The notes under the pieces were generated by a model. That model worked only from the letters and a program-made list of their open reading frames with translations. It did not search any database and had not been told where the DNA came from. Below, one piece after another: positions 63,901-64,000 of a DNA stretch of 64,000 bases. Source of the stretch: Clostridia bacterium. Its GTDB lineage: Bacteria; Bacillota; Clostridia; JAAYHZ01. The stretch is from positions 1 to 64,000 of the forward strand of contig JBMNIH010000009.1 of NCBI GenBank assembly GCA_050950825.1. The letters run 5' to 3'. Every line of letters begins with the position of its first letter. Positions within the stretch are counted from its first letter, which is position 1. Made by a program: the position numbers and the translations under genes.

Positions 63901-63959
63901 ACAATATCGCAAACGGAGCCCAAATACGTATTCCGCTGTCCGAAGAAGAACGAAGATAA
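60903..63959 (+). CDS. Heparinase II/III-like polysaccharide lyase, paralog B (1018 aa)
   Basis: Colinear near-copy of 57755-60808 with GHAHKD; RBS AAGGAG. Confidence 0.7.
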   Translation: MKFFEHDTVKTSRTFYTDEKIRNAKKNIERFDRARKEKERVVQLAEEYLAYGINNLLTYVTQQNLPRSYSVNEMKGCPVCGKDIDRFGNYPYIADIFQKPFKLQCPNCQSVFPSNDFDSYYKSGLDENGRFHYEKADPKYLVNELYPDKPSDWCTDNGFGWVDPEGCKTKSYSYVYDKEKGMVFKETTVGDNRYTFIAYYNHWFIWMTWQDKTMVTGAISALRDAYLYTDDPKYAKAGLMLLNRVADFYKEFDACIYKWEDNFRHSGGAWGKIVGSIWEESVVNQFAKAYDAFFPAITEDTVREINAHPFYKSNPQAPNTTEDIKRNIENNILYQILPEVKNHRIRGNFGMHQESIALAALVLQNEEYFRHSIDAIMSFSDGSSRGIGNIEKVLIDEIDHDGCGNETSIGYNGIWLNTLSTIADILRGTPSDLYKNIKFLKMHNLEIPSIIADRYTLNIGDSGHAGNPETVVNINPHIALLQNYADVTSARLLDLAQRVKKEKGEEGAFYQNMFVDWEKTNRNIAKIVEKHGPFRSVSENYSGYGLAKYEIRNEAQEPRSVWMYYGRNTGHAHKDTLMLGFFGYGVFLNPDHGYPCYTDGNFELRNWTGNTLSHDTVLVGEEPGNNHVVGIPHHYDAKESVGVMDIEAPLLYEQTSCYRRTAITVNRDGIVYTVDLFRVAGGNDHRYVFHGAEGEAQATGLNPVAQKRGTYAGEEVEFASEEYDRKSRSGFNYLYDIKRDPSVKGSFTVDWKIKDTFKVWEKDRDVHIAITVLDPPDEAVLAKGQPPQNKPGNPKEYTYLILHNKGEDIESQFAALIESYENDSAVLNAEALPIACEDGSDAGYLAKAVKVTMKNGRIDYILNAIDQRTYVVGNGEFEFKGFLAIISEKDGRVCYKYANDLSYLKFMDQELVTEDLFVTGTVIDFTKESSLDNTIVVKLDTDVCPSKLFGAYTDIETDKIRNGCYKVLSAEKNKDGLYELNIGDITLIRAATGDVGQYEYNIANGAQIRIPLSEEERR

Positions 63960-64000
63960 ATTTTTGTTAATTGTTTGTAAATTCGTTGACAAATACAAGT

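Overview
A 64-kb chromosomal segment from a spore-forming, low-GC Firmicute, most likely a member of the Clostridia (sigK, tlp, remA, hutP-cmk-plsC-ispH/rpsA, ppdK). Positions ~1-41,300 are mostly housekeeping: asnA, ilvE, hisS-aspS-lepA-hemW, the CIRCE-controlled hrcA-grpE-dnaK-dnaJ-prmA-rsmE cluster, yloC-remA-gmk-rpoZ-glyQS, ppdK, murT-gatD, murD and four tRNAs. After tRNA-Phe/Tyr the content is accessory. The main find is a 1,509-bp insertion splitting an XRE-HTH regulator gene. It carries an aadE/ANT(6) streptomycin adenylyltransferase, GC-rich hairpins and a MOBV-type oriT, but no recombinase, transposase or relaxase. Removing it restores the host frame exactly (KWETGYA|LPDISML). Further right are a glycerate kinase and GntP permease, malic enzyme, sn-glycerol-1-phosphate dehydrogenase, an ECF sigma factor with a long C-terminal extension, a DDxxD isoprenoid-synthase-like protein next to a NUDIX hydrolase, and two tandem ~1,017-aa heparinase II/III-like paralogs with mosaic identity. 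All family calls come from motif recognition by eye; no database searches were run.
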